A DNA stretch of 63,408 bases, the filler included, from Globobulimina sp. (taxonomy: Eukaryota): assembly GCA_003354225.1 (NCBI GenBank). It is 28 parts of 28 records of this genome, joined end to end, with 100 filler letters (N's around TTAATTAATTAA, not from the genome) between each part and the next. Parts side by side here need not be neighbours in the genome. Positions count along the whole stretch, not along the records: positions 9,081 to 11,250 come from PIVH01008458.1; positions 11,351 to 13,519 come from PIVH01008459.1; positions 13,620 to 15,788 come from PIVH01008460.1; positions 15,889 to 18,057 come from PIVH01008461.1; positions 18,158 to 20,325 come from PIVH01008462.1; positions 20,426 to 22,593 come from PIVH01008463.1; positions 22,694 to 24,861 come from PIVH01008464.1; 21 more parts are not named here. One strand, written 5' to 3'. How positions within the stretch are numbered: position 1 is the stretch's first letter; the number at the start of each line of letters is the position of its first letter. Shown piece by piece: positions 11,131-22,873 of this stretch. The position numbers and the translations under genes are program-made. The notes below the pieces were generated by a model. It saw only the letters and a list, made by a program, of their open reading frames with translations. It did no database searches and was not told where the DNA came from.

Positions 11131-11250
11131 TGTCGAAATAATTATTGCCCACAATTTTTCTTGCATTTTCTTGGCGGATAAACCAAACCGTGAGCCATAC
11201 ATTTGTGCAAAATGAGCCAACGAGAATCCCCGTCCAAAATAGCCAGATCC
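11131..11250 (-). pseudogene. Degenerate elongation factor 2 (EF-2-like) fragment
   Basis: GSGYFGRGFSLAHFAQMYGSRFG...KMQEKLW, then a 1-nt frameshift before NNYFD. The conserved W appears as R, and similarity ends after YFD. Confidence 0.6.
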
Positions 11251-11350
11251 NNNNNNNNNNNNNNNNNNNNNNNNNNNNNNNNNNNNNNNNNNNNTTAATT
11301 AATTAANNNNNNNNNNNNNNNNNNNNNNNNNNNNNNNNNNNNNNNNNNNN

Positions 11351-12819
11351 GCCGTTAATATCAATGTTATCAACAAACTCAATCGGTCGCCCATCTCATC
11401 CGCACTCAAACTAAAACCAGTCAGCGCCAACACGCTGATACAAAACATCATTAATAAGACACTAAAAAAAAATACTTTCCATCTCCGTTTCACTTTTAAT
11501 CGCAACACAATCATTGCGTACGACGACTTACTTCGCGATGCAAAGGGGTCTGCATCGCCAAACTCAAGTATTGCAGTCTCCAAATCCCATTCATCGATCA
11601 CGGAATACCGAGGGTCAATGGAACCAAAATTTGGTTTACGTAGTTCGGGCAAAAATACACAGCGAACACCGCCGGTGGTTCGTTCATGAATAATACACGA
11701 CAAATCTTGACAGTCAAAGGGGAAACTTTGTAATTCCAACTCTTCGGCGAATGTCATTTCGCATTCTTTTTTTACCCGAAGAAATCGCGCCTGTTCACAA
11801 TCAAATTGTCCCTCTGCCACTTTCTCGCCTTTATCTTTTGCAAAATCTTTGAATTGCTGCACACGAAAATACCCCTCTTCAGGATATAACTCCCATTCAT
11901 TGCGATGCTCTTCAATCATATTTTGAAACTCTAAATGTGGATACCATTTTGGCTCCCAATCGGCTAAAATCTGCGGATTATTCTGAGATTCTGCTTCTTT
12001 TTTGGCTCGATAATGGTCCTTATAATCCGCTTCTGTTGGCAGCCAATTAAAGTACATATGAAACCGCATACGAAATGTCTCCGCAATGTTATCCACATCC
12101 GACACTCGTTTCACTTTTAAGGCGACAAATACTTTTCGTGGTGGAATGTTTACTTTTTTCGATTTTAAAGACTCATTCATCTCATTGTAATCGTTTGGAT
12201 ATTCTTCCATGGGAAACCATAACGTTTCCTGTTTGCCATCATAATGTGTAATCTCTCGCAATTCTAAGTCGCCCAAAGTAATGTTGTATTTCCATTTGGG
12301 ATCGACTTTATTTAAATAGGATAGATCAGCGCGTTTTGTGTGTGTTTTTGTGGGTATTCCTTGGTCGCGATCATAGAGTCTTGCGATGACTTTAGATTCA
12401 ACAACAATGTCATCCACATCTAGGCTATGAATAATCCGCTCGACTTTTTCAACACGTTTCTCTTTGTCAATAGTGCCAGGCTGTGCATGTAGTTTGGGTG
12501 CTGTTGCTGAATAATGTGGGCCATATTCTTTACGCGTATCCTCGAGATCCTCTGTATTGGCACGATCAATTTCCCCATCGTCGGTATCTTCTGTGTTCAC
12601 ACGATCGATGTGTAGTTGATATTTTTCTTCTTCTTCTTCTGGTTCTAACAAATTTGAAAATTTTTCAGTTTGACTTTTTATTTTTGGTATTGTTTCGGTT
12701 GTGTCTTCTTCTTCAATTGCAACTTCTTCTGTTGTTTCTTCAACAGTATCCGTGGGCTTCACGGGTTTTGATTCTGGTGATGTTGTTTGTATTTTAACAT
12801 AATCACCGTTGTCTGCCAT
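11351..12819 (-). CDS. Pentameric ligand-gated ion channel subunit (Cys-less / Pro-loop type), 3'-truncated
   Basis: VSDVDNIAETF, WYPHLEFQN, LQSFPFDCQDL, DEWDL, LKVKRRWK + TM1 and DRLSLLITLILT (TM2). Confidence 0.85.
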
Positions 12820-12951
12820 GCAAGGCTGCAGCGTTTTTAGTTTGAAAAAGGATTTTCTTACTTTTCTGACTTAGAAATGATTATACGACAAATTTTCTAA
12901 TAAAAAAGGAAATTTTAGAAATAATTTTCAAATATAATCTAATATTTTGAA

Positions 12952-13098
12952 AAGAGCATCCGGTTTTCAACGTCAGATTATTATTGTTTCTTAGAAACGA
13001 AGGCAAACCTATATAATTTTTGTCTTTGTCAGTCACCAGAAACGGTTTGCATCGACCTTACCCCAATAAAAATCTGACGCTGAAAACCGGATGCTCTT
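12952..13098. mobile_element. MITE-like element A (~35-bp terminal inverted repeats)
   Basis: AAGAGCATCCGGTTTTCAACGTCAGATTATTATTG ... CAATAAAAATCTGACGCTGAAAACCGGATGCTCTT, with 2 mismatches; non-coding. Confidence 0.65.
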
Positions 13099-13242
13099 AT
13101 TTTCTGACTTTTCTGCTGTTTTTCTAATAATTGGAATATCAAAATTAACTAAGAATTCTGATGATTTTGTGGTGACACTGCAATATTTTTACCGCTTTCA
13201 CCTTGCGATCAACGTATGCAAAGTTTAGATATGTAAATATTA

Positions 13243-13459
13243 TACTTTCCCTGTATATTGGTTCAGAGGGTTCAGTTTTGAGATTTTCAGATTTTTAAAA
13301 GTACTCTCAACAGTAACCGTCTCAATTAAAATCCACCCTTATACAAACTCATACAAACCCATACAAACGCCAAATTATACGCGTTTAAAATAAAAAAAAT
13401 CCAAACCATTATACAAAATCTCAAAACCAATCCTTCCAAACCAATCTACAGGGAAAGTA
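13243..13459. mobile_element. MITE-like element B (Tc1/mariner/Stowaway-like, TA-flanked)
   Basis: TA-CTTTCCCTGTA...TACAGGGAAAG-TA. The imperfect inverted repeat extends 45 bp, and ATACAAACNC occurs three times internally at 13341-13370. Confidence 0.65.
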
Positions 13460-13619
13460 CCCCGTAAGTTTATCAATGTAATAAAGCAGCAGTATTTATA
13501 CATGTTCGATTGTATGGTCNNNNNNNNNNNNNNNNNNNNNNNNNNNNNNNNNNNNNNNNNNNNTTAATTAATTAANNNNNNNNNNNNNNNNNNNNNNNNN
13601 NNNNNNNNNNNNNNNNNNN

Positions 13620-14313
13620 TCCGTTCTAATAATCACTATATTAACCTCTGTATTTGCACAATATGGTGTTTATAAATGGGGTTCGACTGCAGAACATATT
13701 GATAGCTTGAAAAGGCAAAACGGTATTTGTTTTTAAGAGGATGACGACCTTTGACCAGAAGTGCGAGGATACAAAAAATAGAACACTTCTGATCAAAGGT
13801 CCTGACGCTCCAATTGGTATATTGTATGTTTGTATATACTCTGTCAACAAAGACGAATTCCAGAAATCCACAGAAACACTACGCGAAAAAACGAATAGAT
13901 TAAAATCCGAAGTAAAATATATCAATGAAAAGGTTATTTCCTTAGAGCATAATGCAAACGAATTAGAAGAGACAGAGGAATCATTTGATGCATTACAAAA
14001 AGAGTTAGCTGGAATATGTGGTGATAACCAGACATTGCATGATATGCTAAATGTATTTGAAACATTGTTCAAAAATGCGCATGACATCACATTGCAGCAT
14101 GAAAGAGCATGGCTGTTATCAACATACTATGAAGTATCGCTGAAAGACAACAGGAAAGGAATGGACAAAAGAGAATATACACATTTTTTATCGAGATTAC
14201 CAAAGAAAATAAGATCAAAATTCAAAAGGAAATTTGAAGTAAATAAAGGTCGCGATGACGAAATAGATTTGCATGAATTTGAAAATATGATAAACACGTT
14301 TTTAAGCTCTTAA
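13620..14313 (+). CDS. Membrane / coiled-coil protein with a C-terminal EF-hand-like motif, 5'-truncated; intron 13723-13852
   Basis: SVLIITILTSVFAQYGVYKW...LKRQN|DEFQKST reads in frame after removing a 130-nt GT-AG intron. It ends RDDEIDLHEFENMIN. Confidence 0.6.
13736..13810 (+). ncRNA. Candidate intronic structured RNA (hairpin with C/D-box-like ends)
   Basis: 17/18-bp stem (13746-13763 with 13784-13801) flanked by ATGACGA and CTGA. Confidence 0.35.
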
Positions 14314-14449
14314 TTGTGTAAACAAATGATTGTGATTTTTTTCTTTTCAATAATCCCATTACAATAAATATTATCAATAAATGAAATTATTAATAATAAA
14401 AATATAATAATTGTAATACAGTACATACTTCACAAAACCATCTTAAATA

Positions 14450-15481
14450 ATGTCTGCGTTTACAGTGTCTGGGCAACTGGCTGTGGTCACTGGTGCGGCC
14501 GATGGAATTGGTAAAGCAATTGCAACTAAATTAGGTTTTGAAGGTTGTAATTTAGCATTGGTGGACATCAGGAAAGAGAAAGTTGATGCTGTAGCCACCA
14601 ACATGCAATCATTATATCCAAATATAAAAGTACATGCGTACGAATGTGATGTTACTGATGTAAAGGCCATGCAATCCGTAGTTCGGCAAATCAAATCCTC
14701 ATTCAATACAAAAACAATCCAATTATTATTTAACAATGTTGGGATTGGCGGTGTTCGTTCCACTTTATATGGTGATGTTACTCTGCTAAGACGTGAATTT
14801 GACATAAATTTATGGAGTATGGTATATGGAACGCGTTTATTTTTGCCAATGTTATTAGCAAATGATGTGAAACAGCAATGTTATATAATTAATACAGGTT
14901 CCATAGCTTCCATCGAAAGTGGCTTCAGTTGGTATTCTGTGAGGTGTGTAGCGTATTAATTTTTTGATTCATAAATGTGCTTTGCACGCGCAAGCAGTGT
15001 GGAGTGTGCATGCTCATCTGATTGGCTTTGGCATTTTGTGATGTGTTTTTACAATGACTACAGTAAACATGCTGTGATTGCGTTCTCTGAGACAGTGAGA
15101 GAGGAATTAAAAAGGTTTCATCCCACACACAACATATTGGTAAGTACATTGGTTCCCGCATTTGTTGCTACAGATATTCGAAAGAATTCCGCAGCACAAT
15201 TGGGACAAAGCAAAGAATGGGATAAAACTTTTAAAGAATGGGAGAAAAGTCGAGAAGGACAAATGATAGAATTGACTGCCATTAATGTGAATGTTGCAGC
15301 AAATATTGTTTATGAAGCGTTAAGGAATAAAAAAGAAGTGATTCCAACGCATTTAGAGTGGCATGAAGCTGTTATCAAAGATAGAATGAATGCGTTGTTG
15401 AATTGTGAAAAGGATAAAAAAAGTAATATGAGGAAAGCTGTAAGAAAGAGAATAGCAAAGGCTAAACAGTCAAAATTATAA
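14450..15481 (+). CDS. Short-chain dehydrogenase/reductase with PTS1 (peroxisomal); intron 14944-15063
   Basis: TGAADGIG, NNVG and NTGS. Splicing restores the catalytic YSVSK (YxxxK). The protein ends QSKL. Confidence 0.9.
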
Positions 15482-15888
15482 GTAAAGTACATGACAATTT
15501 TATTCCTTGCACATTGAATTACAAACTATCAGAAACGCGTTGAGTAATTTCATTTTATGTAAATGCGGTCAGAAAACTTCGTCTGTGAGACCATGTTTCA
15601 CATGAAATGATGAAAAGGAATACCAGTGAGCACCATGATGATATAAACAACAGCACAAATGCCAGCATTGCAAACGAGTATAATTATCCTTGCATATTTC
15701 TATATAGAGCACGTGAAAATATATACAGTAGTGTTCCCGATAAGAGATACGCATATTAGTACTAATATATATATTATACTGCTAATATNNNNNNNNNNNN
15801 NNNNNNNNNNNNNNNNNNNNNNNNNNNNNNNNTTAATTAATTAANNNNNNNNNNNNNNNNNNNNNNNNNNNNNNNNNNNNNNNNNNNN

Positions 15889-17725
15889 GTTGTTTATAAT
15901 CGATGATAATCATGAAATTACTCCGTTTTTTGAAAATATGACTGGAGAACAATGGAATGAATTTATGCAGAAAATATTAAATAATCCCATTGCAAGCACA
16001 AATAATATGAATGAGATGGATAATATGGATAATATTGATAATATTTGTTATGATAACGAGATAACAGACAGTATGGAAGTTTTTGATTCAATGTCTTATA
16101 TTCAACCAAACAATAATAATAATAAAAATAATAATAATTTGTCATTGTTAGCAGTACCAGAAAATGATAATATTTGTGCGATACCACCCATACCGCCAAT
16201 ACCACCGTTACCAACATCGGCATTTCCACACTTATTATCTCGATCCAATTCATTATGTCCAAGTACTTCCATTTCAGCAGAATCCCCATTTATGTTATAT
16301 GCACACAATCAAATGATGAATAATACGCAAATGGACGCAATCACTGCTTTAACTGCGACGAATATAACCAACTCAAACAACTCCAATAATCATTCCAATC
16401 CAGTCAATTATCATGAAAATGAAGTAAAGAATCAATTGCAAAGTAATCAAAATGCTGAAAATGAAAAGAAATTTAAATGGATTTCCGCAATAAATGTAGT
16501 TCAACCGCAAGAAATGCAGTTAGATTCAATGAATATTGCATCATTGCCTCCATTAGAAGTTGCAAAGGAAGGCGAGGCGCCATATTCGCCACCAATGCCT
16601 TGTCGTATTCGTGCTATTCCCATTGAAAAACCAAGACGTGAAATACTTGAAATTGATGATGATGAAGAAAATGATTATGATTATGACGATGGTGATGGTC
16701 ACTATGATGATGAGGATGATGGAGATGGCGATGTTGAGATGGCTATAAAAATTAAAACAGAATATGAAGATGTTCCGTTGTTATTTCTTTGTCAAACCAT
16801 TGATGAAAAAGAAAAAGGTGAGCAAAGAGAGAATAATTTACAGTGTGAATCCACCCAAAACAATACGAATAATAATGAAAATAACAACAATTCGTCAAAT
16901 AATTATGGGAATTCATTCACAAACTATAGAAATTCATCACATTCATCAAATTTATATAATAATAATTCTAATAATTTTTGTTATGGCCCAAATAATTTAA
17001 ATCCTTTTTATTATCCTCATGATAATGGTGGGGATCACCATCCTCATAATAATTCATTGAATAATTCATTATTTGATTGGATTGATCCAGAATTACTAAA
17101 TTCCAATCCATTCCGAGCCGGAACCAGAGCTACAACGGCCACTGCAACAATGCCAGGAATGATTATTCCTTTCCATGGCCATCGTGATTCGCTAAAACCA
17201 GTTCTAAACAGCAATCGTATACGGCGTCAATCGACATCATCCGCCGAATGTGCTTACGGTGAACCTTCCCAATCTCCCATTAGTTGCGTAAATGTCTTTC
17301 ATCTCCGAAAATGTTCAACGAATATCGAGCCAAATGCTAGACTGACTTTTTATGCTATACCATGAGATTAAAAGTTTTGTATATAGTTAGTTTAGTATTT
17401 GTTTCTGAATTTATACATAGACATTATACGAATGGGAGGCACGCCGGCAATGAATGGAGGTCTCGGTTTTGTTGACAATGGATTTAATTATAATGTGTTG
17501 AATATGAATATGAATATTCATCTGGATATAGATATTAATTTAAATGCACAAATGCAAGACAATGATGCATTGGTATCAGTATCAATGGATACAATCGATA
17601 CAATTAATAAAGATGAGGAAGAAGAAGAAAATGGCCAAGAAACAGATGATGATCGAACAATGATTGGAGGAAACTTAAATCAAAGAAGACGCATTTCAAC
17701 CAATCCGCATACAAATAGGAGTTGA
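15889..17725 (+). CDS. Low-complexity Asn/Asp-rich hypothetical protein, 5'-truncated; the 3' structure after 17365 is uncertain
   Basis: A 491-aa ORF plus a similar-composition ORF after a possible acceptor (catag, ~17420). Confidence 0.5.
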
Positions 17726-18157
17726 AAAAAGCACATTCATTTTATTTATATAATTACTTTGCTGTTTACGCTGCTAACTGCAATACTGTACTTATTATAA
17801 TGTAAATATTATATTAACCCCGCATTTAATTAGCAATGTAAAGAGTGGAGCAATGTTCTTCTCTGTTATTGTTTAAATATGATAAATTTCCTCGTTATGT
17901 TCTTTCTTTGCATTTAATGTTTAATAAATTATTAAATTCTACGCAAAATACATAATTATCGGAAAATACATAGTTATTTTCAAACACAGAAACAAGTGTT
18001 TCTTTGCGATGTCCTTGCACTTAAAATGAGTTTTAATTTACCACAATTTAATTTGATNNNNNNNNNNNNNNNNNNNNNNNNNNNNNNNNNNNNNNNNNNN
18101 NTTAATTAATTAANNNNNNNNNNNNNNNNNNNNNNNNNNNNNNNNNNNNNNNNNNNN

Positions 18158-19345
18158 TCCCCGATTGGTCCACTAAAAACACACAACGCCGAGGAAGTTG
18201 GTACACATTCACTGCTCCTTCCTCATCACAGACAGGTTTATTATTAATATTAATATTATCGACATTTGAATCTGTAAATATATCAGAAATGATATGACAA
18301 AATATATTCTTTTTATCATCATATAAAATATTTGATTCATTATGTTCACCGATAACTTTATATCTTAATATTAATTCACTTATTTTATCATTTATATCAT
18401 ATATTACTTTACCAAGAATGTGCGCGCTTGTTTTGCTTATTTCTTTTCCATCAAATACTATTAAATGATTATTATGGTTTGAATTGATATTAATATCATA
18501 AATACCGCTTATATCACGAATGTTAAATGTAAATAAAACTTCTTTGATATTTATGTGCTGTACATTGTGAAAAGTATTTAATATTTCAATATTTAATTCA
18601 TTGTAACTTTGTATCTTTGTCAAATATTGTTCAACTGTGATATTTAATGATGTTTTACTTTGTGGATTGAGATTTATTTGTATTGTAAATACATTTGGTA
18701 TATTTTCATGTGTTTGAAAGATTAAAATGGCGTTTTTTCTCGCTTGTTTTGCTAAATTATATTCTTGTTTTGCTTTGTTTTTTTCTTTTATTTGTCCTAT
18801 AAATATTTCATCGTCGATATTCACAATAAATTTAGATATAAAAGCATCGGAATCAATGGTAATATCAAATTGCAATTCATTATCTAATTTACTATCTTCT
18901 TTGTCATTATTTTCAAAATCAAATTGATATTCAACACTGGCATATCTTTGACTGACTGTGGCTGTAATACCATATCTATTCAATGCAATATTTTTTTCAT
19001 GCTCATCGTTATTATAGTTATAGACATATGGAACAGATATGGATTGGCTGTCAAATCCAGGTGGAATATCCCAGCACGTTTCCATAGTTTTTGTATTTGA
19101 ATAATAGGTTTTATTTGTTGCTGCATCTATTACAGCAATCCACTCACTAGCGACATAATCCATTCCTCCGCTTTCTGCTAATTCGGATGGAATGGTCCAT
19201 GAAGTTTCCTTTGTGTCCACATGATACCTATATATTATATATTAATTACAAACAGCCACACTCTCACAAATTAAACGGACCAGTAATCTTTATTTGAGTT
19301 TGGATCATGAGCTCTTTTCCATTTCTGCGCTTCTGTGGCTGACAT
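18158..19345 (-). CDS. WW-WW-VIT-(VWA) protein, 3'-truncated; intron 19228-19280
   Basis: WKRAHDPNSNKDYW|YHVDTKETSWTIP and WIAVIDAATNKTYYSN...CWDIP (two WW domains). VIT segment AFISKF...G.IKEK..AKQEY. CVFLVDQSG marks the VWA start. Confidence 0.8.
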
Positions 19346-19392
19346 TAATTTTTAGTGACACTTAAGTTTTCCGAAGTTAGTTCTTTTTAATC

Positions 19393-20325
19393 ATGGATAA
19401 AGATTTGGAGATTGAGAAATTAAAAAGCGAATTGGATGCACTCCGACGAGAAAACAGATTGTTAAAAAGTGGTAAAAGTGCAGGTGTTGACGTGAGTCGT
19501 CACAGTGATGAATTTTGGGAGAAAGTGAGAAATGCGTGTCATGACAATACAGATTATGTAAAATCATTAATAAGAAACAAAAGCATCAGAATGGACGATA
19601 TGGATAAAGATAGCCGGACATTATTAATACTTTCCGCACAAAGTGGATCTTATCAGCTTGTACAATTATGCTTAAATTTAGGCGCCGACATTGATCACAA
19701 AGATAAAAATGGCAATACAGCTTTGTCAGAATCTGAAATATTTGCGGACATCAAACAATTATTAGTGTTCAGTCAAATGAATGCGAATCTTGGCAATCGA
19801 ATAAAAGAGACCTCGTATATTATAAACAAACAAAAGGGCTTCATTCAAAATGTAGTACAGGAACTATCCAAATACGATTCAACCACAAAACAATTCTTTC
19901 AAGACACGGTGCTCGATTTGATGACCAATATCATTCGCAATAAATTAGCATTTTCAGACGATTTGTTAGCTTTATGTTGGCAGTTTGAAATAGAGCCTTT
20001 ATCATCAAACTTATGGTCCACATTAAAGAACGTTTGCAGTCAAATAATTAACAACGGCAACAATTTGGATTGGTTCTGGATGAAAACATATATCATTCCT
20101 TCCACCATTTGGTACAATTGCAATATTAATGCAAAGGAAGAGAAACAGAATGAAGTGGACAGATCGTATTTATATTATGAATTATTAAAATTAGTCCAAG
20201 TTCAATCCACCATCGAACTGCAATTATTGGATGAAAATTTGAAAGGTGATATTGAGCGTGATCCAGCAGCTTGGAACAAATTGGTACAATATGAAGTTGA
20301 ACGTGATTATGAATATGATTTAGAT
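19393..20325 (+). CDS. Ankyrin-repeat protein, 3'-truncated
   Basis: SRTLLILSAQSGSYQLVQLCLNLGADIDHKDKNGNTAL. Confidence 0.75.
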
Positions 20326-20425
20326 NNNNNNNNNNNNNNNNNNNNNNNNNNNNNNNNNNNNNNNNNNNNTTAATTAATTAANNNNNNNNNNNNNNNNNNN
20401 NNNNNNNNNNNNNNNNNNNNNNNNN

Positions 20426-22593
20426 ATATGGCGTATGATTATAGAACAAAACTCGAACCATCAAATTGGGGATAAAGACGATGAAAACTGCGATATGTTG
20501 AACGAATTACAAAATATATTCACTTACCTGCAAGAGTCAGATTTGCGGAGTTATGATCCGAGCTCATTTTGCTATGCTTATAAACAGCCCGGCGGCCGGC
20601 CGATGGAGTTACGCGTTCAGATGGATGTGGATGAATTCTTTAACATTTTCACGGATAAATTGGAGAAACAATTACAATTTGATTCGCATAACAATATCAT
20701 TCAATATTTATTTGGCGGCGTATTTGCCACACAAATGATTGGAAGGAAGGATTGCAAGCATTACCGGGAGAAATCCGATCCATTTGTCACGCTAACATTA
20801 GATGTAAAATCTAAGACTGACATAACACAGAGCTTGAACTCCTATGTCCAGGGCGAAGTTATTAGCGATTATCAATGTGATAAATGCAATAAACGCATAG
20901 AAATATTGAAGCGATCATGCATACGGATATTGCCACGGAATTTAGTGATTCATTTGAAACGATTTGATTTTGATATCGAAACGTTAGGCCGTGCCAAAGT
21001 GAATGATATGTTGCGGTTCCCTCCGTATTTGGACATGACTGCGTTTACGAAGGACGGGCTGGAGAATAAGGAACAGAAACGGTATAAAGTGGATGATAAT
21101 GACTTAACGGAGCTGGAGAAAAAAGATCGCGATGTCAATGAACAGAAATATAATGAAACGTATGATTTTAGCTCGAGTAATATGTACAGATTGGTGGGGA
21201 TTATTAACCATTCCGGCGGCACGGAGTCCGGTCATTACACGTCGTATATACGGGAACATAAGAATAGTCACAATGATGGTTTGGGCGAGTTACACCATAA
21301 ATGGTCGTTTGCGAATGATCGCATTCTGAAGGACTGGGAATGTAAGAAAATACAGGATGACTGTTTTGGAGGTCCCCTGCCATATATCCATGCAACCACT
21401 ACGACTGTGACAAATAATACCAGTACGGGGGCGAGTAACAGCAATAATAACTCTGCATCGAACAGCAATAATGGCGGCAATGCCAGTACAGGCACTACGA
21501 CCACCACTACATATTCACAGCCGGCGAATAAAATGTACAGTGCTTATATGTTATTTTATGAACGAGTCTCGGTGGAGGAACAGCAACTGATTAGCAGCAA
21601 AATGCAGAATGGTGCGTTGAGTAAATCGTATTATGATTTGGCAGAGACATTGTTGAAGAATGCAGTGGGTAATAACCACTCCGTTACGCCGCAGGTACAG
21701 GTTGGTGGCAGTAATCATAATGGCCGCCATGGCAAATTAAGTGGACAAAAACGGCATGCTCGCAGTTTCGAGCCTGCATTGGAACCACCACATAAAAAAC
21801 AGAAAATATCGCACGACACTGACACGGATACGGACACTAAAAGTAATATGGATTTTGACGCCGAGGCCACTGCAGCTGAAATATCACGCGATTGTCTGAA
21901 TAAAACTGATCCAAAAGAATTGCCCAAATATTTATCCAAAGCGCAACAATCAATGATATTGGATGCAGCTAAAAAAGAGCGGGTTTGGAATGAAAATAAA
22001 GCTGCGATGATTGAGCGACAGTTGTTGCAGAAACGTTATATTGCAACGTGTTTACACACAGTTTTGTTATCCGTACCAAAGGAAAATGAAACAGTGGATG
22101 AAAATGAACTATTCAATGCGTGTAAGTTAGCGCTGACATTGCTATTTGAGAGCATTGGACATTGCAAGAATTTGAACCAGATAATCTCACGGAAACAGCG
22201 CAATAATATGTGCAAGATATTAGCAGCTTCGCCGTTGGGATGTAAATGGTTTTTACAGAAGTTATTAGCCATAAAAGATAACCATTGGTTGCGCACATTA
22301 TACGATCCCAAATTGAATCATATTTATGGCGAAACTATGGGTGAAGTTGTGCGTGATTTTGTGATTACTGCGTTGAAATGTGTCCGTGCTGAGGAGTGTA
22401 GATATTATAAGTATGTGTTGCAGCTAATGAACAGCGATGAGGATGACATGGAGATTGATATTGATGTGGATATCGGTCGACATTTAATTGTCAAACTAAT
22501 CAAATTGATACTGTCCCAATTTACCTGTATGGATAAAGCAGATTACGCCCATCCTATCTTTGAGATTTTAATGCATTTTGCTCATTTTGGCAA
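20426..22593 (+). CDS. Ubiquitin-specific protease (USP9X/24/34-like), internal fragment
   Basis: QMDVDEFF, YQCDKC, LVIHLKRFDFD, His box NHSGGTESGHYTSY and AYMLFYER. Confidence 0.9.
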
Positions 22594-22873
22594 NNNNNNN
22601 NNNNNNNNNNNNNNNNNNNNNNNNNNNNNNNNNNNNNTTAATTAATTAANNNNNNNNNNNNNNNNNNNNNNNNNNNNNNNNNNNNNNNNNNNNTGACTGA
22701 AGAAACCAATAAAATAAAGATGAACATCTATCCAACATCTACATCACGTTTCACTCGAGTGCACTTGACGAAGAAACGCGTTTTGGATTTCTACACATAA
22801 TATATTAGCTTACGACAACAACAAAAAGCATGCAGCAAAAAAGAAAAACGCAAATAATAAAACAATCATTCCT

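Noticed and set aside
17360-17375. TGA at 17363-17365 as selenocysteine or readthrough
   Set aside because: An in-frame TAA follows two codons later, and no SECIS was identified.
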